The notes beneath the pieces are model-generated. The model saw only the letters and a list, made by a program, of their open reading frames with translations. It was not told the DNA's origin and made no database searches. From positions 160,001-224,000 of the forward strand of contig JBCCHT010000013.1 of the NCBI GenBank assembly GCA_039028615.1: a DNA stretch of 64,000 bases, in the 5' to 3' direction. Origin of the DNA: Myxococcota bacterium. GTDB taxonomy: Bacteria > Myxococcota_A > Polyangia > Nannocystales > Nannocystaceae. Below are positions 9,586 through 19,472 of the stretch, in pieces. Numbering within the stretch: position 1 is the stretch's first letter; the number at the start of each line of letters is the position of its first letter. Made by a program: the position numbers and the translations under genes.

Positions 9586-10430
9586 GGCGCACCACCCTGC
9601 GCGACTCGGCCGTGACGCTCGTCGAGCTGGCCGCGCAGCCACTTGGCGAAGTCTTCCTCTTTGCCGTCGCCATGGATCACGCGATAGCGGACCATGCTGG
9701 CGAAGGAATCGGAGGCAATCTCTTCGATGAAGGAGTCGATGTCCTCGATGTCCTTGCCGAGGAACTCCCACTTCTTGCGGAGCATGTCGGCGAACTGCGG
9801 GCCGGTGTACTCCTTGCGCTTGGGCTTGCGCTTGGCGACCGTCTTGGTCGGCTTCTTGACCGGCTTGGGCAGCACCTTGCGAGGCGGCGAGACGAAGCGG
9901 AGCTCGCTGCCTTCCACGATGCGCAGGGCCTCGAGGATGCTCAGCCGTCGGGCGTGTTCCTCGGCCTGACGCAGCGCCTCGGGGTCGGCGGGCGGAGCCG
10001 GGCGCCCCTCGAGCTCGGCGAGCCGCGACTGGTACCAGCTGGCCGCGAGCACCGATTCCTCTTCGGAGATGACGACGCGGTCGGCGGGCTCGTCGTTGCG
10101 CATGGGCGCGGCGATGCGCTCGATGAACTCGCGGGCGCTCTGCACTCCGTCGGGGTCGCGCTCGAGCAGTAGCTGTAGCTTGTCGGCGGTTGCGGCTCCG
10201 TCGCGCTCGATGTCGTCGTGCACGAAGGTGTGCTCGCTGCGACGCACGGCGGCGATCAACGCCTCGATCTTTTCCTGTTCGCTCTTGTCGGCGGACAGCT
10301 GCTCGGAGTGCATGCCCCGGGCCTCCTCGGTGGCGTCGAGGATCCGCGGGTTGGGGGCTCCGCAGGCGGCGGCGAGCCCGAGCAGGCACAGCGCGGCCAG
10401 GCCCGGTTTGGCGGTCGTGCGCGCAAACAC
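9582..10430 (-). CDS. Lipoprotein with two DUF5329-like domains
   Basis: LAAAC lipobox; two related segments (KIEALIAAVRRSEHTF...AREFIERIA and ILEALRIVEGSELRF...MLRKKW...DSFIEEIAS...YRV); start uncertain (GTG 10430 or ATG 10481). Confidence 0.65.
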   Translation of the reverse strand: MFARTTAKPGLAALCLLGLAAACGAPNPRILDATEEARGMHSEQLSADKSEQEKIEALIAAVRRSEHTFVHDDIERDGAATADKLQLLLERDPDGVQSAREFIERIAAPMRNDEPADRVVISEEESVLAASWYQSRLAELEGRPAPPADPEALRQAEEHARRLSILEALRIVEGSELRFVSPPRKVLPKPVKKPTKTVAKRKPKRKEYTGPQFADMLRKKWEFLGKDIEDIDSFIEEIASDSFASMVRYRVIHGDGKEEDFAKWLRGQLDERHGRVAQGGAP

Positions 10431-10500
10431 GGACCGCAGACCTCCCCTTGCCCGGGGGGCGGTGGCGCGGCGTCCGATCATTCGTTACTAGGCTACCACC

Positions 10501-11916
10501 GTGCCCCGCGATGCACACCCGCTCGACATGTTCGAGGAACGTGCGGCATCCGACCCCGCCCTGACCCCGTTGGCCGAGCGGATGCGGCCCCGCTCGCTCG
10601 AGGAGATGGTGGGCCAACGGCATTTGCTGGGCCCGGGGAGGCTGCTGCGTCGACAAATCGAGGGCGGCCGCATCCCGAGCATGATCTTGTGGGGGTCTCC
10701 CGGAACGGGAAAAACGACGCTGGCGCGCCTGCTCGCGGGCCGGCACGGAGCCGCGTTCGAGGTGCTGTCCGCCGTGAGCGCGGGGGTGCGAGACATTCGG
10801 GCCGTCGTCGAGCGAGCCCGCGATCGTCGACGTCACGAATCACGAACCACGGTGTTGTTCGTCGACGAGATCCACCGCTTCAACCGCGCCCAGCAGGATG
10901 CGCTGTTGCCTCACGTCGAAGCGGGCATCTGTCGGCTCGTGGGGGCCACCACGGAAAACCCCAGCTTCGAGGTCAACGCGGCGTTGCTGTCGCGGGCTCG
11001 GGTGTTCCAGCTGCGGCCCCTCGAGATCGGCGACCTGGTCACGCTGCTGCGTCGGGCGCTGACGGATACCGAGCGCGGACTCGGTCGCGCCGACATCGAG
11101 ATCGACGACGGCTTGCTCGCGGCCATCGGCAACACCGCCAGCGGTGATGCGCGCCGAGCCTTGTCCGCTCTCGAGGCCGTGGTCGACCTGCTGCCCCCAG
11201 GCGAGACCAAACTGACCCGCGAGCTCGCAGCCGAAGCGCTCGGCGGTCAGCCGCTTCGCTACGACAAGGATGGCGAAGAGCACTACAACGTCATCTCCGC
11301 CTTCATCAAGAGCATGCGGGCGAGCGATGCCGACGCCTCGATGTACTGGCTCGCGCGCATGGTCGAGTCGGGCGAGGACCTGCGCTTCATGGCGCGGCGC
11401 CTGGTCATCTTCGCGAGCGAAGACATCGGCAACGCCGAGCCGCAGGCGCTGGTGGTGGCTCGGGCCGCGGCCGAAGCGGTGCACATGGTCGGCATGCCCG
11501 AAGCGGTGCTGCACCTGAGCCAAGCCACGCAGTTCATGGCGCTCGCGCCCAAGAGCAACTCGGCGCTGCGGGCCTATGCCGCGGCGCGCAAGGACGTGAA
11601 ACGTTACGGGGCGCTGCCCGTGCCGCTGGTCATTCGCAACGCGGTCACCGACCTGATGAAGGACGTGCAGTACGGCGTGGGCTATCGCTATCCGCACGAC
11701 CTCGGCAGCGGCGTCGACGACCAGCACGTCAGCTATCTGCCCGATGCCATCGTGCGTCGTCGCGAGGCCGAGTCGTTCACGCCTTACGTCGAGCCCAGCG
11801 ATCGCGGCTGGGAGGGCCGGGCCGCGCGTCGACTCGCCGAGCGTCGCCAAGGTTCGTCGGGCGACAACCAAGAGGCAGAGACGGGCGAGTCCGAAGACCC
11901 GCCCGACCCGGCATGA
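10501..11916 (+). CDS. rarA: Replication-associated recombination protein A (RarA/MgsA AAA+ ATPase)
   Basis: PLAERMRP, GSPGTGKTT, DEIHRFN, GATTENP, SAFIKSMR, ASEDIGNA, YRYPHD. Confidence 0.96.
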   Translation: MPRDAHPLDMFEERAASDPALTPLAERMRPRSLEEMVGQRHLLGPGRLLRRQIEGGRIPSMILWGSPGTGKTTLARLLAGRHGAAFEVLSAVSAGVRDIRAVVERARDRRRHESRTTVLFVDEIHRFNRAQQDALLPHVEAGICRLVGATTENPSFEVNAALLSRARVFQLRPLEIGDLVTLLRRALTDTERGLGRADIEIDDGLLAAIGNTASGDARRALSALEAVVDLLPPGETKLTRELAAEALGGQPLRYDKDGEEHYNVISAFIKSMRASDADASMYWLARMVESGEDLRFMARRLVIFASEDIGNAEPQALVVARAAAEAVHMVGMPEAVLHLSQATQFMALAPKSNSALRAYAAARKDVKRYGALPVPLVIRNAVTDLMKDVQYGVGYRYPHDLGSGVDDQHVSYLPDAIVRRREAESFTPYVEPSDRGWEGRAARRLAERRQGSSGDNQEAETGESEDPPDPA

Positions 11917-11939
11917 AGGGTTGTTGGTCGCTCCACCGA

Positions 11940-11964
11940 GTCATGGCGATGAAAACGCCATGAC
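11940..11964. terminator. Hairpin between convergent rarA and small basic ORF
   Basis: GTCATGGCG-ATGAAAA-CGCCATGAC perfect 9-bp stem. Confidence 0.5.
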
Positions 11965-12003
11965 CGCGCGAGCTCGAAGAGGCGAGCCCGCGTCGCGCGA
12001 GGC

Positions 12004-12126
12004 CTAGCTCTGGCCGGCGCGGTCGCGACGGGCCTGCTCGGCCCGTCGAGCCATGCGCTCCTTGAGACGGCGCTGGCGCTTGCGACGGAGCATCTTGAGG
12101 GTGCGGCGGTTGTCTCCCTTGCCCAT
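12004..12126 (-). CDS. Small highly basic protein (40 aa) MGKGDNRRTLKMLRRKRQRRLKERMARRAEQARRDRAGQS
   Basis: Translated by hand (below ORF-track cutoff); ATG to TAG in an otherwise empty intergenic gap; mostly C/G-ending codons; hairpin downstream. Confidence 0.7.
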   Translation of the reverse strand: MGKGDNRRTLKMLRRKRQRRLKERMARRAEQARRDRAGQS

Positions 12127-12189
12127 GGAGCGGTTTTTCGCCGATGCGTGGCTTGGAATCAAGCCCCTGGTCGGCTAGATGCCCCACAA

Positions 12190-12954
12190 ATGGTCCGCCT
12201 CAGCGTCAACATCAACAAGATCGCGACTCTGCGGAATTCCCGCATCCCGCCCGAGGACCACGCGGAGTATTCGGGCGTCCCCAGCATGGAGCGGGCCCTG
12301 CGGGTGTGTCTCGACGCGGGCGCGCCCGGCATCACCGTCCATCCGCGCGAGGACCAGCGGCACATCACCCCCGCCGACGTGCGGCTCGTGGCCGGGCAGC
12401 TGGCCCCGCTGCGCGACACGGTGGAGTTCAACATCGAAGGCGATCCGCGCCCCGACCTGCTGGCGCTCGCGCACGAGGTGAAGCCGCATCAGCTCACATT
12501 GGTGCCGGTCCGGCCCGGCGAGGTCACCAGCGAGGCGGGATGGCCCGCGGATACGCCGCGGGCCGAACTGGGCCAGATCATCGCCGACGCCCAAGCGGCG
12601 GGCATGCGCGTCAGCGTGTTCATCGACGCCAAGGCCGACGCCGTGCGCTGGGCCGCGGGCATGGGGGCCGACCGGATCGAGCTGTACACCGAGCCCTACG
12701 CCGCTGCGTGTCGGCTCGGGGCGGACGCGGCACGAGCGTCGATGGAGCGGTTCCGAGAGGCGGCGCGGTTGGCCCATGAACTCGGGCTGGGGATCAACGC
12801 CGGACACGACCTCGACCTCGACAACCTCGTGCTCTTTCGCGACCTGCCGCACCTCGACGAGGTGTCGATCGGCCACGCGATCATGGCCGAGGCGGTGTTC
12901 GACGGCCTCGGTACGGTGGTCCGTCGCTATCTCGAACTGCTCGCGTCGGCATGA
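12190..12954 (+). CDS. pdxJ: Pyridoxine 5'-phosphate synthase
   Basis: LSVNINKIATLRNSR, GITVHPREDQRHI, IELYT, NAGHDL, EVSIGH. Confidence 0.96.
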   Translation: MVRLSVNINKIATLRNSRIPPEDHAEYSGVPSMERALRVCLDAGAPGITVHPREDQRHITPADVRLVAGQLAPLRDTVEFNIEGDPRPDLLALAHEVKPHQLTLVPVRPGEVTSEAGWPADTPRAELGQIIADAQAAGMRVSVFIDAKADAVRWAAGMGADRIELYTEPYAAACRLGADAARASMERFREAARLAHELGLGINAGHDLDLDNLVLFRDLPHLDEVSIGHAIMAEAVFDGLGTVVRRYLELLASA

Positions 12955-13103
12955 GCCCGAAAAAGGCGCAGACGCCCGGGCAAAACGGCGGGAAAACCGG
13001 GGGGCCAGGCCGCCGGGCGCAGGTCCCGAGGCGGTCCCTTCGGGGTGTTGGGGCCCGTGCGGGCGCTGGACAAAGAGCGAGCGGGTAGGGGACCCTGGCC
13101 AGC

Positions 13104-14084
13104 ATGTCGCGCAGGTGCAGCGCCGTCGCGGTGGGGCTGTCGATCTCGCTGGTCACGGCCAGCGGGGCGGCTGCTGCGACGCGCACCGCCGATGCCACCG
13201 GCCCGGCTGCGCAGGCGCCCGAGAACCTCGGCACCGTCATTTCGGAGGCCGACGCGCATGAGCACGCCGGGCGCTACGCCGACGCCGCGCGTCGCTACGC
13301 CGACGCGTACGCGATGACCTCCAACTCCAACCAGTACCGGGGCACCGACGTGGCGCTGCAGACGGTCCTGGCGTCGGCCAAGGCCTACCGCAGTGCCTTC
13401 GATGCCTCGGACGACGACTACACGTTCGCGGTCGAGTCCAAGGCCCTGCTCGACGCCGTGGTGGCGGAATGGACGGCGATGGGGCAACCGGTGCCGGACG
13501 CCATCCGCAAGGAGCTCGAGTGGGCGGAGGCTCGGATCGCCGAAAAACCCCCGGACCCGGTGGTGGTGCCGCCGACCGAGCCCGAACCGGAACCGGAGCC
13601 GGAGCCCGCCTCCGAACCGGAACCGGAGCCCGAGCCCCAGATCGAGGCCGAGCCGGAGCCCGAACCCGAACCAGAGCCCGATCACTCGCGCCGGGACGTG
13701 GGCATCGCGCTGACCGGCCTCGGCCTGGCCAGCACCATCGGCGGCATCGTGTCGGTGGCGGTGGGCGTGCCCGTCCGGGGCGCGGCCCAGGACTACCGCA
13801 CCGAGGTCCTCCAAAGCCCCCAGTTCACCGCATTGAGCGCCCGCGACCAGGACACGGCGACCTCGGCCCTGCAGACCTACGTCGAGACCGAGACGCGGCG
13901 CGGGGTCATCCTGATGGGGGTCGGCGGGGCGGCCATCGGCGTCGGCGTGACCGGCATCGTCGTCGGCAGCATCATCTTGGCCCGCAGCGGTCGTCGCTCG
14001 GCCCCCGGAGCCCGGGCTCGCCTCTCGCCCCGCGTGGCGATGGGGCGGGGTTCGGCCACGATGGGGCTTCGGCTCCGCTTTTGA
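13104..14084 (+). CDS. Exported TPR-like protein with Glu-Pro repeat linker and C-terminal membrane segments
   Basis: Signal peptide; AGRYADAARRYADAY helical repeat; (EP)n at about 13578-13680; ends ...GLRLRF. Confidence 0.7.
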   Translation: MSRRCSAVAVGLSISLVTASGAAAATRTADATGPAAQAPENLGTVISEADAHEHAGRYADAARRYADAYAMTSNSNQYRGTDVALQTVLASAKAYRSAFDASDDDYTFAVESKALLDAVVAEWTAMGQPVPDAIRKELEWAEARIAEKPPDPVVVPPTEPEPEPEPEPASEPEPEPEPQIEAEPEPEPEPEPDHSRRDVGIALTGLGLASTIGGIVSVAVGVPVRGAAQDYRTEVLQSPQFTALSARDQDTATSALQTYVETETRRGVILMGVGGAAIGVGVTGIVVGSIILARSGRRSAPGARARLSPRVAMGRGSATMGLRLRF

Positions 14085-14096
14085 ACGAGGACGCGC

Positions 14097-15824
14097 GTGA
14101 GCTCTTCCTCCCGTCTCGAAGTCTATCCCGGTCGGCTCAACGATGGCCTCGTCATCGATGGCCGCTACCGGGTGCTCCGCGAGATCGGGCGCGGCGGCAT
14201 GGGGGCGGTGTACGAGGTCGAGCAGATCAAGCTGGAGAAGCGGGTCGCGCTCAAGGTGCTCCAGGCGGGCCGGGCCGACAGCGAAGGCGGCGAGGAGGAC
14301 AACAGCCTCAAGCGCTTCGTCCGTGAGGCCCGGGCCGCCTCCGCCATCAAGCACCGCAACGTCGTCGACATCATCGACTTCGGCGACTTCACCGACGGCT
14401 CGGCGTACTACGTCATGGAGCTTTTACGGGGCAAGGACCTGTCCTCGGTGCTCAAGCGCGAGCAGAGCCTGTCCTGGCCGCGCGCCAAGGTGTTGCTGCG
14501 CCAGGTCCTGAGCGCGCTGGCGGCCGCCCACGAGCAGAGCATCATCCACCGCGACATCAAGCCCGCCAACATCATGCTGCTCGACGAGCCGGACGAGTTC
14601 GGCAACGAGTGGATCAAGGTGTTGGACTTCGGCATCGCCAAGGTCCAGGACACGGGACGCGATGCCCAGGCGCTGACCGGCACCTCCGAGCTGCTCGGTA
14701 CGGCGGCGTACATGGGCCCCGAGGTCGCGCGAGGCGAGCGAGCCTGCCATCGCACCGACCTGTACGCGGTGGGCGTGGTGGCCTTCGAACTGCTGACGGG
14801 CACCGTGCCCTTCACCGCGGCCAATACCTTCCAGGTCCTGCTGCGGCACATCAACGACCAGCCGCCGCGGCCCTCCGAGTACAACGACACGCTCACGCCG
14901 GCCATCGACGCGTTCATCCTGCACTCGCTCGCCAAGCAGACCGAGGACCGCTACGTGGATGCCAGCGCCATGCTGGAGCGGCTCGACGCCATCGACGACG
15001 AGGGCATGATGGCCGGGCCCATCCCCGCGCTGCCCAAGGCGAGCGCGCCAGCCGTGTCCGCCCCCGTTCCGGTCGCACCTCGCCCGACGCCGCAGAAGAC
15101 CGACCTGTACCAGCACAGCGTGCCGCTCCCGAGCGGCCTGCGACCGCCGTCGGAGGTGCTCACCGAGGCGCTCTCGTCCACCGAGCTCGAGACGGCCGCG
15201 ATCTCGCCCGAGGACAGCTCTCGGCGTTCACGGTGGCCGCTGGTGGCGTTTTTTGTCGTGGCCGTGCTGCTGGCCATCGGGGTGACCCGAATGCTGAGCA
15301 CCGATGCCGCGGCCGAGCCGAAGACGGAGCCCGCACCCGCTTCGGCTACGCCGGTCGAGCCTGGGCCCGATGAGCCCGGCGCATCGGCCCATGCGGCAGC
15401 AGCAGACGTCGCGGGCAGCACGGGCGCCGTCGAGGCGGCGGGGGAGGGATCCAGCGGAGGGGAAGCCACCGCCGACTCGAGCACGGGCGCCCCAAACCCC
15501 GAGCCCGACGCGAGCACGGAGACGGGCGAGGCTCCACCGGTCGAGCCCACCCCAGCCAAAAAATGCACCTCGATCGCCTGCCGTCAGCGCAGTGCGGTGA
15601 AGCGAATCCGCGGCTCCATTCGCCGCCGCTGTCGATCGCTGGCCACCGGGGGCTCGGTGAAGGTCAAGCTCACCGTCGGCACCGCGGGGGAAGTGCTCAT
15701 GCCCCGAGCGCTCGCGCCCCACGATCGCTCCGCCCTGGGCAAGTGCGTCATCGAAGCGGTCGCCAAGGGGCGCTTCCCCGCCTCCAACCAGCTTCGGACC
15801 CTCAACCTGGAGTTCCGGCCATGA
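14097..15824 (+). CDS. Membrane Ser/Thr protein kinase
   Basis: GRGGMGAVY, VALK, HRDIKPAN, DFG; TM helix; Cys-containing extracytoplasmic C-terminal domain. Confidence 0.95.
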   Translation: MSSSSRLEVYPGRLNDGLVIDGRYRVLREIGRGGMGAVYEVEQIKLEKRVALKVLQAGRADSEGGEEDNSLKRFVREARAASAIKHRNVVDIIDFGDFTDGSAYYVMELLRGKDLSSVLKREQSLSWPRAKVLLRQVLSALAAAHEQSIIHRDIKPANIMLLDEPDEFGNEWIKVLDFGIAKVQDTGRDAQALTGTSELLGTAAYMGPEVARGERACHRTDLYAVGVVAFELLTGTVPFTAANTFQVLLRHINDQPPRPSEYNDTLTPAIDAFILHSLAKQTEDRYVDASAMLERLDAIDDEGMMAGPIPALPKASAPAVSAPVPVAPRPTPQKTDLYQHSVPLPSGLRPPSEVLTEALSSTELETAAISPEDSSRRSRWPLVAFFVVAVLLAIGVTRMLSTDAAAEPKTEPAPASATPVEPGPDEPGASAHAAAADVAGSTGAVEAAGEGSSGGEATADSSTGAPNPEPDASTETGEAPPVEPTPAKKCTSIACRQRSAVKRIRGSIRRRCRSLATGGSVKVKLTVGTAGEVLMPRALAPHDRSALGKCVIEAVAKGRFPASNQLRTLNLEFRP

Positions 15825-17206
15825 ATCTGCACCCGTCTCGCCCGTCGATGAGGGTCCTGCTCGCGCCGCTGTTGGTGGCGGGGCTGGCATGTGGCCCCAG
15901 CACCTACGAGATCGCGGTCTCCGGGTCCTCGGGAGGGCCGCCGACGGCGGGGACCGAGCCGTCTGCGATGAGCACGGGGCCGACCTCGACCACCCGCGGC
16001 GACACGGACCCCTCGGACACGACCGAGACCACCGTGGCCGCCGACTCGGGCAGCAGCGGGGGCGACTGCGTGAGCCAAGACGACGGGGGGTGGTGGCGGA
16101 CCGAGTGGACTCGCCGACGCCTGCTCGAGATCGACACCACGGTCTTCGACGCGGCCGTCACCGACTTGCCCGTGCTGCTCCGGCTCGACTCGGAGGGGCT
16201 CGGCCCCTCGTGGTCGGAGCGATCCGGCGCCGACCTGCGCTTCCGGGCCGAAGGCGACGTCGAGGTGTCCTACGAAATCGACGACGTCGATTCCGACGGG
16301 AACCTGGCGGTGTGGTTGTCGATTTCCGAGCTCGACCCGGCGGCGGGCTCGATGCCGGTCTGGATGTACTACGGCAATCCGCAGGCCGAGGCCCCCGATG
16401 GCGCCGAAGCGGTCTGGAGCGGACACATCAGCGTGCATCACCTGGGCACCGACCTCGAGGACTCGGCCGAGGACCACACCGGTCGCTCCAACTGGGAGCC
16501 GGAGGTCTGCGACGGCAAGTGTGGCCCCCGGATCGGCGTCGCGCGGCGCTTCGACCCCGAGCAGCTGCACGAGGTCATCTTCGACGGCCACCAAGACTAC
16601 GACCTGGGCGTCTCGCCCTACGAGCCCGCGGTCATGGAGTTCACCATCAGCCTGTGGATGCGGGCCGCTTCGCTGGCCGAGTACCCCTGGGGCGGGCTGG
16701 TGGCCAAGGGCGACGACACCTGGCGGCTGCAGGCCAGCAGCTTCCCCGACGCGCCAAAGCTCGACGAGCGCATCACCTTCGGCTACGACTGCAACCCGAT
16801 CCAGACCGCCTGCACGGGGGCGCCGATCGACATGGCCGGCAACGCCAACCTCGTCTCCAACGTCGCGGTCGACGACAACCAATGGCATCACGTCGCCACG
16901 ACCGTCGAGATCATCGACGAGCCGGTGCCGTTGCCCATCGAGTACATCCCCGACGTCCGAATCCGCATCTACATCGATGGGATCGAGGCCGCAACGCCGC
17001 AGGAAGTGTTCGGGTTCCTGCTCCCCGAGGACGATCAACCAGTTCGCCTCGGCCACAACATCAGCGCGGCCAATCGCTGGCAGGGGGACCTCGACGAGGT
17101 CCGCTTCGAGGCCCGGGCCCGCAGCGCGGCCGAGATCGCGGCCGACTACGCCACCGTCGTCAACGAGCACGTGGCCATCGGGGAGGAGGACGTCCTGTGT
17201 CGCTGA
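15821..17206 (+). CDS. DUF2341 + LamG-like jellyroll lipoprotein
   Basis: GLAC lipobox; WW..W..RR.L, DLRF, YEID, WMYYGN (DUF2341); FTISLW, WHHVA, IYIDG, GDLDEVR (LamG). Confidence 0.85.
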   Translation: MNLHPSRPSMRVLLAPLLVAGLACGPSTYEIAVSGSSGGPPTAGTEPSAMSTGPTSTTRGDTDPSDTTETTVAADSGSSGGDCVSQDDGGWWRTEWTRRRLLEIDTTVFDAAVTDLPVLLRLDSEGLGPSWSERSGADLRFRAEGDVEVSYEIDDVDSDGNLAVWLSISELDPAAGSMPVWMYYGNPQAEAPDGAEAVWSGHISVHHLGTDLEDSAEDHTGRSNWEPEVCDGKCGPRIGVARRFDPEQLHEVIFDGHQDYDLGVSPYEPAVMEFTISLWMRAASLAEYPWGGLVAKGDDTWRLQASSFPDAPKLDERITFGYDCNPIQTACTGAPIDMAGNANLVSNVAVDDNQWHHVATTVEIIDEPVPLPIEYIPDVRIRIYIDGIEAATPQEVFGFLLPEDDQPVRLGHNISAANRWQGDLDEVRFEARARSAAEIAADYATVVNEHVAIGEEDVLCR

Positions 17207-18654
17207 GCCACGCGCGCGCGGGCGCGACGTCCTTGCTGCTGCTGGCGCTGGGATGCCCCACGCCCAAGCCCGTGCTCCCCCAGACCGGAGCCGGGGGCAC
17301 GGCCGACACCACCGACTCCGGCGTCGCCTCCTCGTCATCGACGGGGGCGGGGCCCGAGACGAGCGCGGACACGACCTCGACTGGGGCCGTCGACTCGAGC
17401 ACCACGACCGACCCCGACCCGAGCACCACCGGAGGCACCGACGAGACCGGCAGCACCGACGAGTCGTCCTCGAGCGGCGGTCGGCCGGTCTGCGAGCTGC
17501 CGGACATGGGCTGCACCCCCGCCTCGGCCGAGCCGTGGTGGGACGCGGGCTGGGCCTATCGTCGTCGCATCGAGGTCCTCTCACCGCTCGCGGGGCCGCT
17601 CGACGATGCGGTCGTGGCCATCCGCCTGGACGAAGACTTCGAGCTGGCCTGCGCCGAGTTCTCCGATCCGGCCGACGACCTGCGCTTCGTCGACGGGGCG
17701 GGCCAGCTGCTGTCGCACGAGGTCGAGCGCTGGGAGGCAGGGGAGGGCGCGCTCGTATGGGTTCGCCTGCCCACCCTCCAGGCCGGCGCCAATGACGTGT
17801 GGCTCTACTACGGCGGCGACGCGGCTCCGCCCACGGGAGACGTCTGGCCCGCCTCGCTGTCGCTGCACTCGGTCATGCACTTCGCCGATGACCTCGAGGG
17901 CTCCGGGGGCACGCCCGGGGGCGCGCCCAAGGTCGCGGGCGACCTGTTCTTCATCCCCGGCGTCCTCGGATCTTCGATTCACTTCGAGGACATCCTGATC
18001 AACCGCCGGGTCGAACTGACCAACTCCCAGGCCATCGACGATGCGATCATCGCCGCGGGCGAGTTCACCGTCAGCGCCTGGATCCGCCCGTATCCCGACA
18101 TCGCCGCGCCCAGCCCCTTCAAGAACGTCGTTGGCCGAGGCGACGGTACGTGGGCGCTGTCCGTGTTCGATTCCGAGGGTGCCTTCGACTCGCAGCCCCC
18201 GACCGCCACCTCGTTCTTCACCCACTGCGACGGGATTTCCTTCGATCCCACCGAGTGCGACCCCTCGGTCAACTTCAACAGCAACCATCTGTTGGTGGGC
18301 AGCGTGCCCGTGGTCGAGCACCAGGTGCTCGCCAACTGGCACCACGTGGCCGCGGTCTTCCAGGCCGCGGAGGGGGACGTCCATCAAAAGGACCTGTACG
18401 TCGACGGCCAGCTCGACGCCACGTTCACCGGGCTCCTGCCGCTGGAAGCCGCCGTGTTCGAGTCGCACTCCGTGCCGGTCACCATCGGCACCGGGCCCGA
18501 TGATCCCGACCAGGCGATGTTCCACGGTGAAATCGACGAATTCCACCTCGCATCGATCGCGTGGAGCCCCGAGCGGATCGAAGCCGAGTACGAATTGACT
18601 CGAGAGCCCGGCTCGGAGCCTCGCGTGATCCTCTCGGCGACGCAGTGCCAGTAG
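17197..18654 (+). CDS. DUF2341 + LamG-like jellyroll lipoprotein (paralog)
   Basis: LALGC lipobox; WWDAGWAYRRRI, DLRFVD, HEVERW, LYYG; FTVSAW, WHHVA, LYVDG, GEIDE. Confidence 0.85.
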   Translation: MSLSHARAGATSLLLLALGCPTPKPVLPQTGAGGTADTTDSGVASSSSTGAGPETSADTTSTGAVDSSTTTDPDPSTTGGTDETGSTDESSSSGGRPVCELPDMGCTPASAEPWWDAGWAYRRRIEVLSPLAGPLDDAVVAIRLDEDFELACAEFSDPADDLRFVDGAGQLLSHEVERWEAGEGALVWVRLPTLQAGANDVWLYYGGDAAPPTGDVWPASLSLHSVMHFADDLEGSGGTPGGAPKVAGDLFFIPGVLGSSIHFEDILINRRVELTNSQAIDDAIIAAGEFTVSAWIRPYPDIAAPSPFKNVVGRGDGTWALSVFDSEGAFDSQPPTATSFFTHCDGISFDPTECDPSVNFNSNHLLVGSVPVVEHQVLANWHHVAAVFQAAEGDVHQKDLYVDGQLDATFTGLLPLEAAVFESHSVPVTIGTGPDDPDQAMFHGEIDEFHLASIAWSPERIEAEYELTREPGSEPRVILSATQCQ

Positions 18655-18779
18655 CCTGCCTCTGTGTGCCCGTATTCACAGGGCGTCGAACTTTGTCCTA
18701 TTGAACGTGAATACGTTGAAGAGGGGGGCGTCGGGGTATGCACCGAGCTGGGCGTCGCCGGCTCGGCACGAGGTCCCGC

Positions 18780-19463
18780 ATGCCCACTCTTCGATCCTTC
18801 GCCCGTATCAGCTGCGCTGCCGTCCTCGGACTGGCTGCCGCCGCGTGCTCGTACCCCTTCGCCGTGTCTCCCGGACTCGCCGAGAAGACCGAGGAAATCC
18901 CCGTCGTCAAGCTCGACCGCAAGTCGTGGAACGTCGGGGCCTACGAAGTCCGCGAGATTCGGCGAGGATGGGAGAAGTCCGGGGGGATTTCCATCGGCCC
19001 CGTCTCGGGCAATCAGAAGCAGCGCGACTTCTCGTTTCAGGTAAACCACAGCGGCACCATTCTGCAGGTGCGCTGCGAGCTGAGCTCGGGCTCGAGCGCC
19101 ATCGCTGGCTTCACCGTCAGCGACGGCGAGCAGATGACCTGTGACCTCAACCCCTCCGATGCCTCTGCCGCGTGGAAGGTCATCATCGTGGCTCGTGGCA
19201 CCCGCAACGCCTCCGGGCGGCTGCAGCAGGGCGACAACGAGATGCCCATCGTCTCGGCGCACGGCAGCGGCCACAGTCAATCTCGCGGCTATCTCATCCG
19301 CCAGGAGGGTGATGTCGCCGCCGCCGACGTGCGCGTCGCCACCCGTCGCGTATGGGTCCCCAAAGAAGGCGAGACCAGCTTCAAGGTCGCCTACGTCGGG
19401 GCCGCGGTCACCCTCATGCTCTTCGAGGAGCTGGCCGAGTCCTCGAACCCCTCCTCGTCCTGA
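18780..19463 (+). CDS. Hypothetical lipoprotein
   Basis: MPTLRSFARISCAAVLGLAAAAC lipobox; host-like codon usage. Confidence 0.7.
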   Translation: MPTLRSFARISCAAVLGLAAAACSYPFAVSPGLAEKTEEIPVVKLDRKSWNVGAYEVREIRRGWEKSGGISIGPVSGNQKQRDFSFQVNHSGTILQVRCELSSGSSAIAGFTVSDGEQMTCDLNPSDASAAWKVIIVARGTRNASGRLQQGDNEMPIVSAHGSGHSQSRGYLIRQEGDVAAADVRVATRRVWVPKEGETSFKVAYVGAAVTLMLFEELAESSNPSSS

Positions 19464-19472
19464 AATCGCCCC

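Noticed and set aside
13578..13680. Glu-Pro tandem repeat as a contingency locus
   Set aside because: In-frame and synonymously degenerate; an ordinary low-complexity linker.
15563..17196. Long N-terminal extensions in the ORF track (15563, 15889; likewise 9187-10836, 29490-30980, 36394-39186) suggesting overlaps or frameshift fusions
   Set aside because: Internal starts with signal peptides or family N-termini and stop/start coupling explain the genes; the extensions are Arg/Pro-rich off-frame reads.
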